64,000 nucleotides of DNA from Verrucomicrobiia bacterium. GTDB taxonomy: Bacteria > Verrucomicrobiota > Verrucomicrobiia > Limisphaerales > UBA1319. How positions within the stretch are numbered: the stretch's first letter is position 1; each line of letters opens with the position of its first letter. This document shows, piece by piece, positions 10,197-19,603 of the stretch. Below the pieces are notes generated by a model, which was given only the letters and a program-made list of their open reading frames with translations, had not been told where the DNA came from and made no database searches. Position numbers and translations under genes: made by a program. The DNA is taken from positions 5,248,001-5,312,000 of the forward strand of contig OY760937.1 in the NCBI GenBank assembly GCA_963664225.1. The letters are read 5' to 3'.

Positions 10197-13100
10197 TCAG
10201 CGGTGGGGCAGCACGCGACGGAGGGTGGTCGTTAATCGTTCTGCGCTTAAATCCCGCGCATAAATTCGGCCGTCCGGGCCAACCAGCAACACCGCTGGCA
10301 GGGCGGTGATGTCAAATGCTTCGGTGACCGATGCCCGCTCAGCGGTTGAAAGTCGCGCCCACGTGAACCCCTCGCCCTCCGACGCAGCCGTCTGCCGCAA
10401 ACTTTCAGCGTCATCGTCCACGCTGGTGGCCATGAATTGCACGCCTGTCTCCGCCGGAAAATCAGCGCGCACTTTCTGCAAAGCCGCCAAAGTATTTTTG
10501 CTGGGTTCAGACCAGCTTGCCCAGAAAATCAAGACCACATATTTGCCCCTTAGGCTGGCGAGTTGCAGCGTCTGGCCTTCGAGCGTCGTCAAGCTGGCAT
10601 TCAGCAGCAACGCCACCGCGCCTCCCGTTTCTCCTTTGATCGGTACCATTCGCCGACCCAAATCGTAAGACTCTTTGCCTTCCGGTATGGTCACAGACTG
10701 CACCAGCGAACCCAACAATTCGCCTTCGTGCAAATAGGGATCAGGACCAGGCGCAGGCTTCGTCACCTTAATCCGCAGCTCGTAATTTCCCGGGGGGACG
10801 TCCTCCGCTCGGAACGACCCGTCCTCCTCAAATTCGAGATGATAGGAACGTGCGTTGCGCGCCTCTTTCCATCGCTCGGCAGCCGATGTCCCCAATCCCC
10901 AACTATCGCGAACAAACTTTGTCACACTGGTGGCTGCGGACGGACGCACCAATTCCAGCGACTGGCTGTCGTTGAGCCAGTCCACGGCCACGGCGGGATT
11001 TTCAGGTGCCGCCTGACCGGTGACCGATCGGCCATCGCCACCCCATTGGATCTTGGCCGTTTCGCCTGGTTTGACTGAAATGATTTTCTGATGGCTCGGG
11101 TATGATGTAAACCCGCCATCAATGCGGCGACGGGGCATAAAGACACGGTAAAGACGATATTCGCCTGCAACGAGGTTGGTGAAGTGAAATCTGCCATCCG
11201 CGCCACTGACGCCGCTATAAGTGATGTGCAGGCTGCTCCGCTCCCGAAACAGGCTGATGTGAATTTGGGCACCGGGCTTGGGTTTTCCTTCGGACAACAG
11301 CACGCCTTCAACTTGACTAAATGGTTGAAGGCGTACGCGAGTATCTTTTCTCATCTTGCCAGCGGTGCTCACCAGAATGCCAGACGGATGGGTAACAACC
11401 ACCAGCATGTCCTCCGGAACAGCCGGCAACTTAAAATTGCCCGCAAAGTCGGCCAGAAGTTTTTGCATTCCATGCGGATAGAAATCGCCCGGCCTGAAAG
11501 AATCCAGCGCGGGAGTTCCACGCGAAGGGTCTTTTTCCGTCCCAACCCAGACCCAGGCATTAGTGGCAGGAGTCCCGTCCGGAAGCAAAGCGACACATGG
11601 TGGGGAAGTCAGTTGGTTCGCAGCAGAATTATAACTGCGCGATGTGGTCGTTGAATCCTTCTGTGAATGGATTGCGCTCCTGGAAAATTGCACCAGCAAG
11701 ATCACCAGGATCAGCCCTCCAGGACCCGCAGCAATCGGTCGCCATGGAATGTGAGTTTGGCGTTTGCCAGCCAAGCCTGGGTCAATTTCCGGCATGGCAC
11801 CATCGGGAACCAACCAGGTTTGAGCCAGGTGGTCTTGCAAGCTTCGGCGTAAAGCCAGCGAAATCACGGTGATGCTGGCCAAAATTATTGTTGTAGCGAT
11901 CAATGCCCATTCCGCGCCGACGATATTTTCCATCGCCTTTAACAACATCGGCGAAAGCAAAAATGGAAGCCATGCGATGAAATTTCGCCACACGGTGCGC
12001 ATGCGTGACGGTCTTCCGTTTCGCCCGACGACAGCGACGCCCAAACCGCGCATTGCCATTCCTCCTCGAAAAAGAATGGCCGCCACGAAACAAGGGATGA
12101 CGACGAAAAGCAATGTGCTGGCATAAATTATCATCGGCAGCATGAACGGAATTGCGAAGACAGCCTGGGATGTTTGGGCCCTCGGTGGTGGAATGTGAAA
12201 CTGAGATTCGACCGTTGTTTTTGCTTCCGCGAACTCAGCGGGAGTTGTTTTTGGATATGCTTGGACAATTTTCTCGGCGAGTTTCCGTTGCGCGGGCTGG
12301 ATGAACACCTGTGCGGTATAGCCATTCCATTCGACAGAATTGGTTATGAGCGGACGAAAGCGTCCTGCGATGTAGATCTCCAACTGCCGGTCCTTTTCAT
12401 TGGCCGACGATTGGCTCACCGAATTTGTGCCCTTCGTTTCCAGCGGTTTTACCTGGGTCAATGCATTTCGCAGCACTGCAAACTCCGTGCTGTTTGAATT
12501 GCGTAATAAAACACCGGTCACCATTTGGATGAGGACGACGAACACCGGGAAACAAAGGGCAATGACGAGCATGGCCCACCGGCGGCGGCGGGTGATGGCT
12601 GCCACCTTGCCAGTCAGAGGCTTGAGGCGCTCCCAAACTTGCCTGGCGTTCGGCTCGCTTTCGATGCGTTGAAAAAAACTGCGCGCATAAAGCGGCAGCG
12701 GCAGTTCCAGCGTGGAGACATGGGCTTGCTCCACATTTAATGGCTGACCTTCCAAAGCAGAGAGGGCGACCTGCCGAAGAAATGCCTGCGGGTTTGAAAG
12801 CTGCGGCGATTTGGTCTTGTTCGACGAATTGGTTTCCGGAGCCGGAAAGTCCAACAGCTTGGCATGACCGTCAGCGGTGATCCAGACTCGGTCAAGGCTC
12901 AGAACACAAGGAATGGAACCGTCCTTAACGCCCGTTTTCAATTCCTCGGCCAAATCAAGCAACCAGAACCGGATTTTCCCCCAATCTTGTTTGACGGAAA
13001 TGAGGCCAAGCAACGGCTGGCCGGTCGGGGCTTCATAGGCGTCCCAGGAATCATCAACGGATCGTTTGGCGTTCAGCCAGCGAAGACGGCCCGGTCGTCC

Positions 13101-14840
13101 GAGATGGCGCAAAGCCGCGTCCACTGTCGGGGTCGCCGCCGAAACCCGCCGCAGCCAGACCTTGCGCAACAGACGTGAATCGTAGCCAAGCAACACTGCG
13201 GCATCATCACTCTGCCCGAGCTCGGCCAAGACATGATAAGGCCCGATACGCGCCGTTTCACCGGCAAACGGAGGAAGTTCCAGTTGCGGCGGCATCCCGG
13301 GACGAACGGGCTGATCGGATTGAGCCAACACCCGGGTTCGGCTCCACAAATCGTGCAGGCCGGCAAATCCATTCCGCCGACGACAGGGATAAAATATTAG
13401 CAACTGGATGACGGTCGGTAGGAGCCAGGCAAAACTCATTTTGGGGTTGGGTGGATGCTGGGTCAGCCAGTCCGAACTGAAATAGGTCAGTGCCAGTGCT
13501 GGTAAAGATGAAAACCCGGAGAAAATCAGGACTCGCAGAAAGGCCTTCTTCACGTCAGGCGTATTTCCATCCAGATCCACCACTCGCAGCCGGCAGAGCA
13601 TTTTTCCCAGCGAAGCTCCCCGGATGCCTTCCATCAATCCAAAATACAAGATCACCATCCCGAAGGATATGAAGTAGGTGAGCAACCTCGTGCCACCGTG
13701 ATCGGGACTCATCATGGCGGTGAAGCTGCCGAAAACCATGAAGAACACCGCCCAATTCACAAGACTCAAGCCCAGATGATCAATGAGCCAGGCAACGAAG
13801 CGCAAAGACAGAGTCGCCGGCGATGGACTGGAGGATGCATAGGGCAACAAAGCGCGGCGCAATGCGGCATAACTGGCAAATCGCTCAGACGAATCTTTGT
13901 TGAGACAGTGGAGCACCGCCTGCGCCAGCCCCTTGGGAATTCCAGCCCGCAAACCGGCTGGAGATTCAGGCTTCTTTTCAAGGACAGTGACCAACAGTTG
14001 CACGATGTTGGGTGCCTCGAACGGCATCCGTCCAGTTAGCAGATAATACAACGTGACTCCGACAGAATAGATGTCCGAACGGACGGTGAGTTCCTCGCCG
14101 CGCAGTTGTTCGGGAGAAGAAAACGCCGGGGTGCCGAAGAGGGAACCCGATCCAGTCAGATTTGATTCCGTTCGGAGCGTCGTGGTGATGGAAAGACCGA
14201 AATCGCCAATCTTGATCGTCCCATCGGAATCGATGAAACAATTCGATGGCTTGATGTCACGGTGCAGAACACCTGCCTGCTGGGCTGCCTCCAGCCCGGC
14301 GATAATCTGGAGAATCACATCCACCGCCTCGGTGGCTGACAAAGGTCCGGACGCAACCACCCGGTCTCGCAAGGTGCCTCCGGCCACCAACTCCATGGCA
14401 ATCACCGGCGTGCCCGCGATTTCCTCCGTCCCGAAAACATAGACACTATTCGGATGATTGATCGAGGCCGCGATCTGCCCTTCGCGCAAAAACCGTTTGC
14501 GCGCTTCCGGCGAATCCAATGCCTGGCTCAAAATCTTTAGGGCCACACGGCGACCGGTTTCAAGATCATCCGCCTCGAATACCACGCCCATGCCGCCTTG
14601 TCCCAGCAAACGAATCAGCCGGTAATGTCCAAAATCTTCCCCCGGCTGGGGAATGCCTTTTAATGCCGCCGATTGAGGCAGGACGACCGTGTCCTCTGGT
14701 CCTGTTTGTGGTTGAGTTCCAAGGCCGGCTTGGAGCAGGCATTTGGGACAGAGGCTCGCAGGAAGCTGGGGCGGCAACTCCGCGCCGCATTTGGGGCATC
14801 GGCCTGGTTGTTGGTTCTGGCTCATGTTAGTTTCCAACAC
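10197..14840 (-). CDS. Membrane Ser/Thr protein kinase with Zn-ribbon, RDD domains, degenerate second kinase domain, carboxypeptidase-regulatory-like and thioredoxin-like domains
   Basis: CPKC..CPKC; LGQGGMGVV, VALK, HRDIKPSN, DFG, SPEQ; RDD signature (RFVAWLID...GASLGKMLCRLRVV...GLHDLW); C-terminal LRGKYVVLIFWASW. The start may be the Met at 14825. Confidence 0.9.
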   Translation of the reverse strand: MLETNMSQNQQPGRCPKCGAELPPQLPASLCPKCLLQAGLGTQPQTGPEDTVVLPQSAALKGIPQPGEDFGHYRLIRLLGQGGMGVVFEADDLETGRRVALKILSQALDSPEARKRFLREGQIAASINHPNSVYVFGTEEIAGTPVIAMELVAGGTLRDRVVASGPLSATEAVDVILQIIAGLEAAQQAGVLHRDIKPSNCFIDSDGTIKIGDFGLSITTTLRTESNLTGSGSLFGTPAFSSPEQLRGEELTVRSDIYSVGVTLYYLLTGRMPFEAPNIVQLLVTVLEKKPESPAGLRAGIPKGLAQAVLHCLNKDSSERFASYAALRRALLPYASSSPSPATLSLRFVAWLIDHLGLSLVNWAVFFMVFGSFTAMMSPDHGGTRLLTYFISFGMVILYFGLMEGIRGASLGKMLCRLRVVDLDGNTPDVKKAFLRVLIFSGFSSLPALALTYFSSDWLTQHPPNPKMSFAWLLPTVIQLLIFYPCRRRNGFAGLHDLWSRTRVLAQSDQPVRPGMPPQLELPPFAGETARIGPYHVLAELGQSDDAAVLLGYDSRLLRKVWLRRVSAATPTVDAALRHLGRPGRLRWLNAKRSVDDSWDAYEAPTGQPLLGLISVKQDWGKIRFWLLDLAEELKTGVKDGSIPCVLSLDRVWITADGHAKLLDFPAPETNSSNKTKSPQLSNPQAFLRQVALSALEGQPLNVEQAHVSTLELPLPLYARSFFQRIESEPNARQVWERLKPLTGKVAAITRRRRWAMLVIALCFPVFVVLIQMVTGVLLRNSNSTEFAVLRNALTQVKPLETKGTNSVSQSSANEKDRQLEIYIAGRFRPLITNSVEWNGYTAQVFIQPAQRKLAEKIVQAYPKTTPAEFAEAKTTVESQFHIPPPRAQTSQAVFAIPFMLPMIIYASTLLFVVIPCFVAAILFRGGMAMRGLGVAVVGRNGRPSRMRTVWRNFIAWLPFLLSPMLLKAMENIVGAEWALIATTIILASITVISLALRRSLQDHLAQTWLVPDGAMPEIDPGLAGKRQTHIPWRPIAAGPGGLILVILLVQFSRSAIHSQKDSTTTSRSYNSAANQLTSPPCVALLPDGTPATNAWVWVGTEKDPSRGTPALDSFRPGDFYPHGMQKLLADFAGNFKLPAVPEDMLVVVTHPSGILVSTAGKMRKDTRVRLQPFSQVEGVLLSEGKPKPGAQIHISLFRERSSLHITYSGVSGADGRFHFTNLVAGEYRLYRVFMPRRRIDGGFTSYPSHQKIISVKPGETAKIQWGGDGRSVTGQAAPENPAVAVDWLNDSQSLELVRPSAATSVTKFVRDSWGLGTSAAERWKEARNARSYHLEFEEDGSFRAEDVPPGNYELRIKVTKPAPGPDPYLHEGELLGSLVQSVTIPEGKESYDLGRRMVPIKGETGGAVALLLNASLTTLEGQTLQLASLRGKYVVLIFWASWSEPSKNTLAALQKVRADFPAETGVQFMATSVDDDAESLRQTAASEGEGFTWARLSTAERASVTEAFDITALPAVLLVGPDGRIYARDLSAERLTTTLRRVLPHR

Positions 14841-14912
14841 TACATAAGCAAAATATGCACAAGGTAACGCGTGCGCGTTCGATTTGTGTGTCTTGGCTCT
14901 GAAAGTTCACAA

Positions 14913-15659
14913 CTAGGAACCAAAACAGGCGAATAGGAAGCGCAATTCCTCGTCGATTTCTTGCGGTGATGAAACTGTCTTGCCAATCTCGCCGCGAAGG
15001 ATTTCACGATAGCGGGCACGCAGGCGGTAAGCGGCTTGTTTCACAGACGCCTCCGTAAGATTCAGTTCCTGAGCGATTTCCGCGTAAGAACCGGCGGATT
15101 CCACCTGAGTGAGGCAGGCGCTCAAATGCTCGAACAGGTTGGCGCGCCCAGTATCGATATACTCCTCGCGCAACTGGGACATGGTGCGTTCGAGCAACAG
15201 CAATGCCCACTGCCGGTCAAATAGGATTTCCGGTGATAATTCCGTTTTCAGCTCCGCATCCAGCCGATCCTCCGCCATGGCCTGATCAATTTCCACGGCA
15301 GTCTGGAAACCTCCGCGCTTTTGCGCATGCTGCCAGTCCCATTCGTTCGCGAGAAAACGTTTTAGCGCCATGAGAAGAAAACTTCGGAATTTACCGCGAT
15401 CCCGCCGGGCATCCGCGACAAAGTTCTTTTCGAGCAGACGGGCAAAGAAACCTTGGGTCAAATCTTCCGCTTCGTGCGGAGTGCGCCCCTGCCGGCGGAT
15501 GAAACAATAAAGCGGATACCAATAAGTTTGGTAAAGTTGATGGAGTGCTGCACCGACTGAGTCCGAATTCGCCTTACCGGCGCGCAGCACCAGGCTCCAA
15601 TGCGTCGTCACGAAACGCCCATTGGCGCCCCAATCAGATTCAGAATCACCGGGTTTCAT
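14913..15659 (-). CDS. ECF RNA polymerase sigma factor of the PVC kinase-associated type
   Basis: FVTTHWSLV, YWYPLY, AEDLTQGFF, RGKFRSFL, and region-4 SYAEIAQELNLTEASVKQAAYRLR; lies immediately upstream of the kinase. Confidence 0.9.
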   Translation of the reverse strand: MKPGDSESDWGANGRFVTTHWSLVLRAGKANSDSVGAALHQLYQTYWYPLYCFIRRQGRTPHEAEDLTQGFFARLLEKNFVADARRDRGKFRSFLLMALKRFLANEWDWQHAQKRGGFQTAVEIDQAMAEDRLDAELKTELSPEILFDRQWALLLLERTMSQLREEYIDTGRANLFEHLSACLTQVESAGSYAEIAQELNLTEASVKQAAYRLRARYREILRGEIGKTVSSPQEIDEELRFLFACFGS

Positions 15660-15934
15660 TTGCGAAACATCAATATGCCCGACGTTGGAGTAATCTTTCC
15701 GAGTATCGGGTTGGACAAGCGTATTTCAAAAAATGACGTAAGCAAATGAAAATGGAATCTTCAAAAACCGTCCGCTGGATTTTCATAATCCACAACGGAT
15801 GGTGACAAATACAATGGAATACTTAGCCCCAAGTGGTATCTGTTTCACCGTCGCGATAAAATCTTTGCCGACGGGTTGCATCGTCACTGTCACAATATTG
15901 GTCATGCCCGGAGCAAAGTCGGAGGTGCATCATC

Positions 15935-16639
15935 TCAAACACCCCAGCGCGCCTTCTGCATCAAATCGTCATTGGTTTGCAGGATGGTCCGCCGCACATC
16001 GGGCGGAACATCCTTGAGCATCGAATCACAAAGGCCGGCGTAGCGCTCGTAAACCGGCTGGATTTTCTTAATGCCCTTGGGAGTGATCCGCAGGACGATG
16101 GCCTTGCGGTCCACCTTCGTGGTGGCAGGAGCGATCTCGTGCAGCTTCCGGGTCTCCAGCAGGCCAGCCATGCGCAGAGCAGCCACACGCCGAGATAACG
16201 CGGCTGCGCTGTGTACAAGAGACGCCTTGAGCGCAGCAAAAGCCACGTAACCATCCTTATCGGCGGCGGGATCATCCCAGCCCAGACGGGCCGCCCCGTA
16301 TAAATCGAGCAATAGATCGGCTTCCTCCAAGGTCATGCCGGAACCGGGCAGGACGTGCTTTTTAATCAGCGCCGTCAGCAAGGCCCGGCATGATGAGAAC
16401 AACTCGAAACGGATTCTGGCCCTGACGAAGGTGGCGGCTCCGCTTGGCGCGCGTGTCAACTGCGACGACCGAACCGGGGATGCACGCGCGCTGTCCATCG
16501 ACCGGGAGGGCAAGTTCAGTCTCACGGCCAGTCCATACTGCGAATCCGTGAAGATCGAAATCGAGACGTCACCGGATAATGCCGGGAGGATAGCAGGGCT
16601 GCTGACGGCGCTGTGAACCTTCATCACTGCGCTGGACAT
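15935..16639 (-). CDS. MarR-like winged-helix regulator (true start probably downstream, near MDSAR)
   Basis: ALSRRVAALRMAGLLE...DRKAIVLRITPKG wHTH signature. Confidence 0.65.
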   Translation of the reverse strand: MSSAVMKVHSAVSSPAILPALSGDVSISIFTDSQYGLAVRLNLPSRSMDSARASPVRSSQLTRAPSGAATFVRARIRFELFSSCRALLTALIKKHVLPGSGMTLEEADLLLDLYGAARLGWDDPAADKDGYVAFAALKASLVHSAAALSRRVAALRMAGLLETRKLHEIAPATTKVDRKAIVLRITPKGIKKIQPVYERYAGLCDSMLKDVPPDVRRTILQTNDDLMQKARWGV

Positions 16640-16708
16640 TCCAATGGGCCGGGATGCCAGCGGTTACGGTGTGAATTGTCGGCTTGAATGTACTAACGAG
16701 TTAAAACC

Positions 16709-17866
16709 ATGCATCCAACAATTTTGAATCAATCCACACCGCAGGCTGCGGTCTCAGGGACGGCGCAACTGCCGGGGGCTCTGTTCGGGGGCACCGATGC
16801 ACTGGAGGATCCCGCAGGGGGCGTCTCTCTCTGGAACCGGTATCATCCACGTGAGATCCCGTTCTTCAAGGTGGCGTTAATGGACCAGCTACTGAAACGT
16901 CCCTACCACGCGGTGACGCTGGAAGGCCCATTCAACAATAAGCAGATATCCCGAGATTACCGCGAACAGACGTTCCGTTCTGAGACGTCCATCAATCGGG
17001 CGGGCACTCCATGTATCGAGCGGCTCCTGCTCTGTCTGGGCAATGGGGTGTTTGCCTATCTCGATGAATGCGGTGTCAAAGTTTACGCGCCCACACCACA
17101 GGCGGCGGAAGTGGCGGCTCAGGAATTTAGGCGCTATGTCAGGGCACCTGATGAGCGCAAACCGCATTTCCACGTCATCAGCATGACGCCCGAGGGGCCC
17201 TGTGCTGAATCAGTGCCCATCGAGCGGTCCGCACCCGTCACCACGGAGGACCTGGCCCTGAACTATGGTCAGGATTTTCCATTGTGGGAACAGCAATGGA
17301 GGGAGCGGATGCGCAAGGCTGCGAGTGGTCTGACGATCCTGTTCGGGCCCCCAGGGTGCGGGAAGACCTCGTTCCTCCGGGCACTGATGTCGCGCCTCAT
17401 AGAGACGGCCGTGTTCTATTTCGTCCCGCTTTCGGAAGCAGAGATGCTGTCCAATCCACGCTTCGTCAACTTCTGGATGCGACAGACCGCGCGTAACAAG
17501 GGGAAACAGAAAATTGCGATCCTGGAGGACGCGGACGAACTCCTTCTCATGAGGGACGAGGGCAGCCGGGCCAAGGTCAGCAACCTGCTCAACATCGCGG
17601 ACGGGTTCCTGGGTGAACATCTGAAGTTGCATGTGATCGCCACAAGCAATGAGCCGATCAGCAAGCTGGACCCGGCCATTGTGCGCCCGGGACGCCTGTT
17701 GGGGATGCGCGAGTTCCGGCGCTTGAATCGAGAGGAGGCCATCCGGCTGGCTGAAGCCAAGGGCCTGGTGGTCCCTGAACAGCGGGACTTTAGCCTCGCG
17801 GAGTTGTATTGCGGTCCCAACGACACCGCCCATGTGGACCAGCCGCAACGGATCGGATTCGCATAA
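16709..17866 (+). CDS. AAA+ ATPase (single module, classical AAA clade)
   Basis: Walker A GPPGCGKT, Walker B ILEDAD, second region of homology IATSN...LDPAIVRPGRL. Confidence 0.9.
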   Translation: MHPTILNQSTPQAAVSGTAQLPGALFGGTDALEDPAGGVSLWNRYHPREIPFFKVALMDQLLKRPYHAVTLEGPFNNKQISRDYREQTFRSETSINRAGTPCIERLLLCLGNGVFAYLDECGVKVYAPTPQAAEVAAQEFRRYVRAPDERKPHFHVISMTPEGPCAESVPIERSAPVTTEDLALNYGQDFPLWEQQWRERMRKAASGLTILFGPPGCGKTSFLRALMSRLIETAVFYFVPLSEAEMLSNPRFVNFWMRQTARNKGKQKIAILEDADELLLMRDEGSRAKVSNLLNIADGFLGEHLKLHVIATSNEPISKLDPAIVRPGRLLGMREFRRLNREEAIRLAEAKGLVVPEQRDFSLAELYCGPNDTAHVDQPQRIGFA

Positions 17867-18314
17867 GCGGGATGACGGTGAAATTACACTCATTGTGCGG
17901 GCGGTTCGTCCAAAAGGATCGCCTGCGGAAAACGGAATCGTGCGTAAAAAGAATCATCAAACCAAAGTAATAACCAGGCAACGCCCGGTGAAGCAGGGTG
18001 TTAACGTGCAAGCGCCGGTCGAGCCTGAACCCTTTGACGCCATGGCCTATCTGGTGTCCATGCCTGAGGAACCACCGAAGCCACCGGAACCACTGGACGA
18101 CTTCGATCCACTGGATTACGCGTGTCCAACGCCTAATTGGCCGCACGATTGGCCTGCACATATCATTCCACAATTCGAAGCCCAGGGATTCACCCGCATC
18201 CGGCTCGAACAGATCGTTCCGCATCCAGCCTGGACACTCCGCATGAAAAGCACTGGCAGGATTCTGACCGACATTGAGGCAAGCCGCGTTGTGCGTGCTG
18301 TTATCGAGCCATAA
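17832..18314 (+). CDS. Hypothetical protein, probably 3'-truncated at the direct repeat
   Basis: ORF follows the AAA gene and its stop overlaps the first bases of repeat copy 2; start uncertain. Confidence 0.4.
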   Translation: MWTSRNGSDSHKRDDGEITLIVRAVRPKGSPAENGIVRKKNHQTKVITRQRPVKQGVNVQAPVEPEPFDAMAYLVSMPEEPPKPPEPLDDFDPLDYACPTPNWPHDWPAHIIPQFEAQGFTRIRLEQIVPHPAWTLRMKSTGRILTDIEASRVVRAVIEP

Positions 18315-18349
18315 TGATTCAGTAATCCGCCTGATCTTCCAATCTGACA
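18313..18349 (+). repeat. 37-bp direct repeat, copy 2
   Basis: AATGATTCAGTAATCCGCCTGATCTTCCAATCTGACA; matches 8146-8182 at 35/37 positions. Confidence 0.9.
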
Positions 18350-18409
18350 ATTGTGCCGGCGGCTTTGGGCAATTGCGCTAAACGGTCATCGTAAACCGGC
18401 GGCCGACGC

Positions 18410-18469
18410 GCGCACCACCCGCCCCAATTGACGCCACAGCAGATCGGCGCTCAGGAAAAGCAATGTCAC
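18410..18469 (-). mobile_element. 60-bp internal relic of the same DDE transposase family as 33962-35140
   Basis: 54/60 identical to 34511-34570 by manual alignment. Confidence 0.8.
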
Positions 18470-18631
18470 TCCCTCCCCGAACATCAACCTGTCGGACTTC
18501 AAAGGAATAACCCCAGCCCTCAACCCTCCAATCAGTTCTGGAAGGAGGAGTAGGCTTTTCCCGAGGTGGCTTTACGCCAGCGATGCAGAGGGCGAAAAGC
18601 AAATCGTGACAAAAAGCATTCGAGATTAAAT

Positions 18632-19315
18632 TCAATGGCTCGGGGGTGCCAATCCCTCCTCTATTCTGCTCACACCACTTGCAATCGCATAGTGCGTCAG
18701 ACCCGCTATGGAGTGGATGTGCAGTTTATCCATCATGTTCTGGCGATGTTTTTCCGCGGTCTTGACGCTGATGCAAAGGTCGGCGGCGATCTGCTTGTTC
18801 GGAGCGCCTTCGGCGAGGAGTTGCAAAACCTCGATCTCACGACTGCTCAATGAGTCTGTTCGAGTGCATGATTGTGAGCCCTTCAGACACAATTTCCGGA
18901 ACTCTTGACGAATGTGGTTAGGAATGGAGCGGCTTAGAACAACGTGGCCGCTATTGGTTTCGCGTACGGCCGCGAGCAAGTCCTCCGTCGATGAGTCCTT
19001 GAGCAAATAGCCCGCCGCGCCGGCTTCCAACGCCTGCCGAATGGAGGGACCGTCGCTATGTGCCGAGAGTACCAGGACTTTCGCATTGGGAATTTCCCTC
19101 ATGATTTGCCGTGTTGCTTCCAGGCCGTTAAGCACAGGCATGGCGATGTCCATGATCACCACGGACGGCTCAAATTGCTTTGCCATTTGCACGGCCTGTC
19201 TGCCCGTCTCAGCTTCACCGACAACAGCGATGTCGTTCTCGGTTTCGAACAAGGCTCGCAGTCCTTCACGAACTACGCGGTGGTCGTCAACCACAAGTAT
19301 TCGAATTTGTCCCAT
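18632..19315 (-). CDS. NarL/FixJ-family response regulator (REC + LuxR HTH)
   Basis: VVDDH, MDIAMPVLNG, GYLLK, LSSREIEVLQLLAEG..NKQIA..L.IS.KT. Confidence 0.95.
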   Translation of the reverse strand: MGQIRILVVDDHRVVREGLRALFETENDIAVVGEAETGRQAVQMAKQFEPSVVIMDIAMPVLNGLEATRQIMREIPNAKVLVLSAHSDGPSIRQALEAGAAGYLLKDSSTEDLLAAVRETNSGHVVLSRSIPNHIRQEFRKLCLKGSQSCTRTDSLSSREIEVLQLLAEGAPNKQIAADLCISVKTAEKHRQNMMDKLHIHSIAGLTHYAIASGVSRIEEGLAPPSH

Positions 19316-19356
19316 AGCAGTCTATTTGGTTTGTTTGTTGCACGCATATTTCCCCA

Positions 19357-19371
19357 GCAGCACCTGTGCCA
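19357..19371 (-). promoter_or_regulatory. Sigma-54 (-24/-12) promoter of the NarL-type regulator
   Basis: TGGCACAGGTGCTGC (GG-N10-GC), 42 nt upstream of the ATG. Confidence 0.75.
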
Positions 19372-19414
19372 AGGCAGCCTGTGGGGCAAAGCCATCGGTT
19401 GAAGTAATCGCCAA

Positions 19415-19446
19415 TGCAATTTGCGATGTTTTGCTCGCAAGATGCA
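19415..19446. promoter_or_regulatory. Paired palindromic sites YGCA-N3-TGCR (candidate bEBP enhancer)
   Basis: TGCAATTTGCG at 19415 and CGCAAGATGCA at 19436. Confidence 0.65.
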
Positions 19447-19603
19447 AAACTGACGCCGAGCAGGGGGAGCTTTAGCGGCCCACGTGGCGAGCAGCAGGGA
19501 TGAGCCCGCCGCATTCGAGACAGGGTGTGCCAAGGGCTCGAACAATAGGTTGCTACTATTATTGGACCAAATCTGGCGGCAAGTTTCCGGCCGGAATATT
19601 GAC

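Noticed and set aside
19517..19532. Additional TGGCAC on the minus strand
   Set aside because: No GC at the -12 position (GG-N10-CT).
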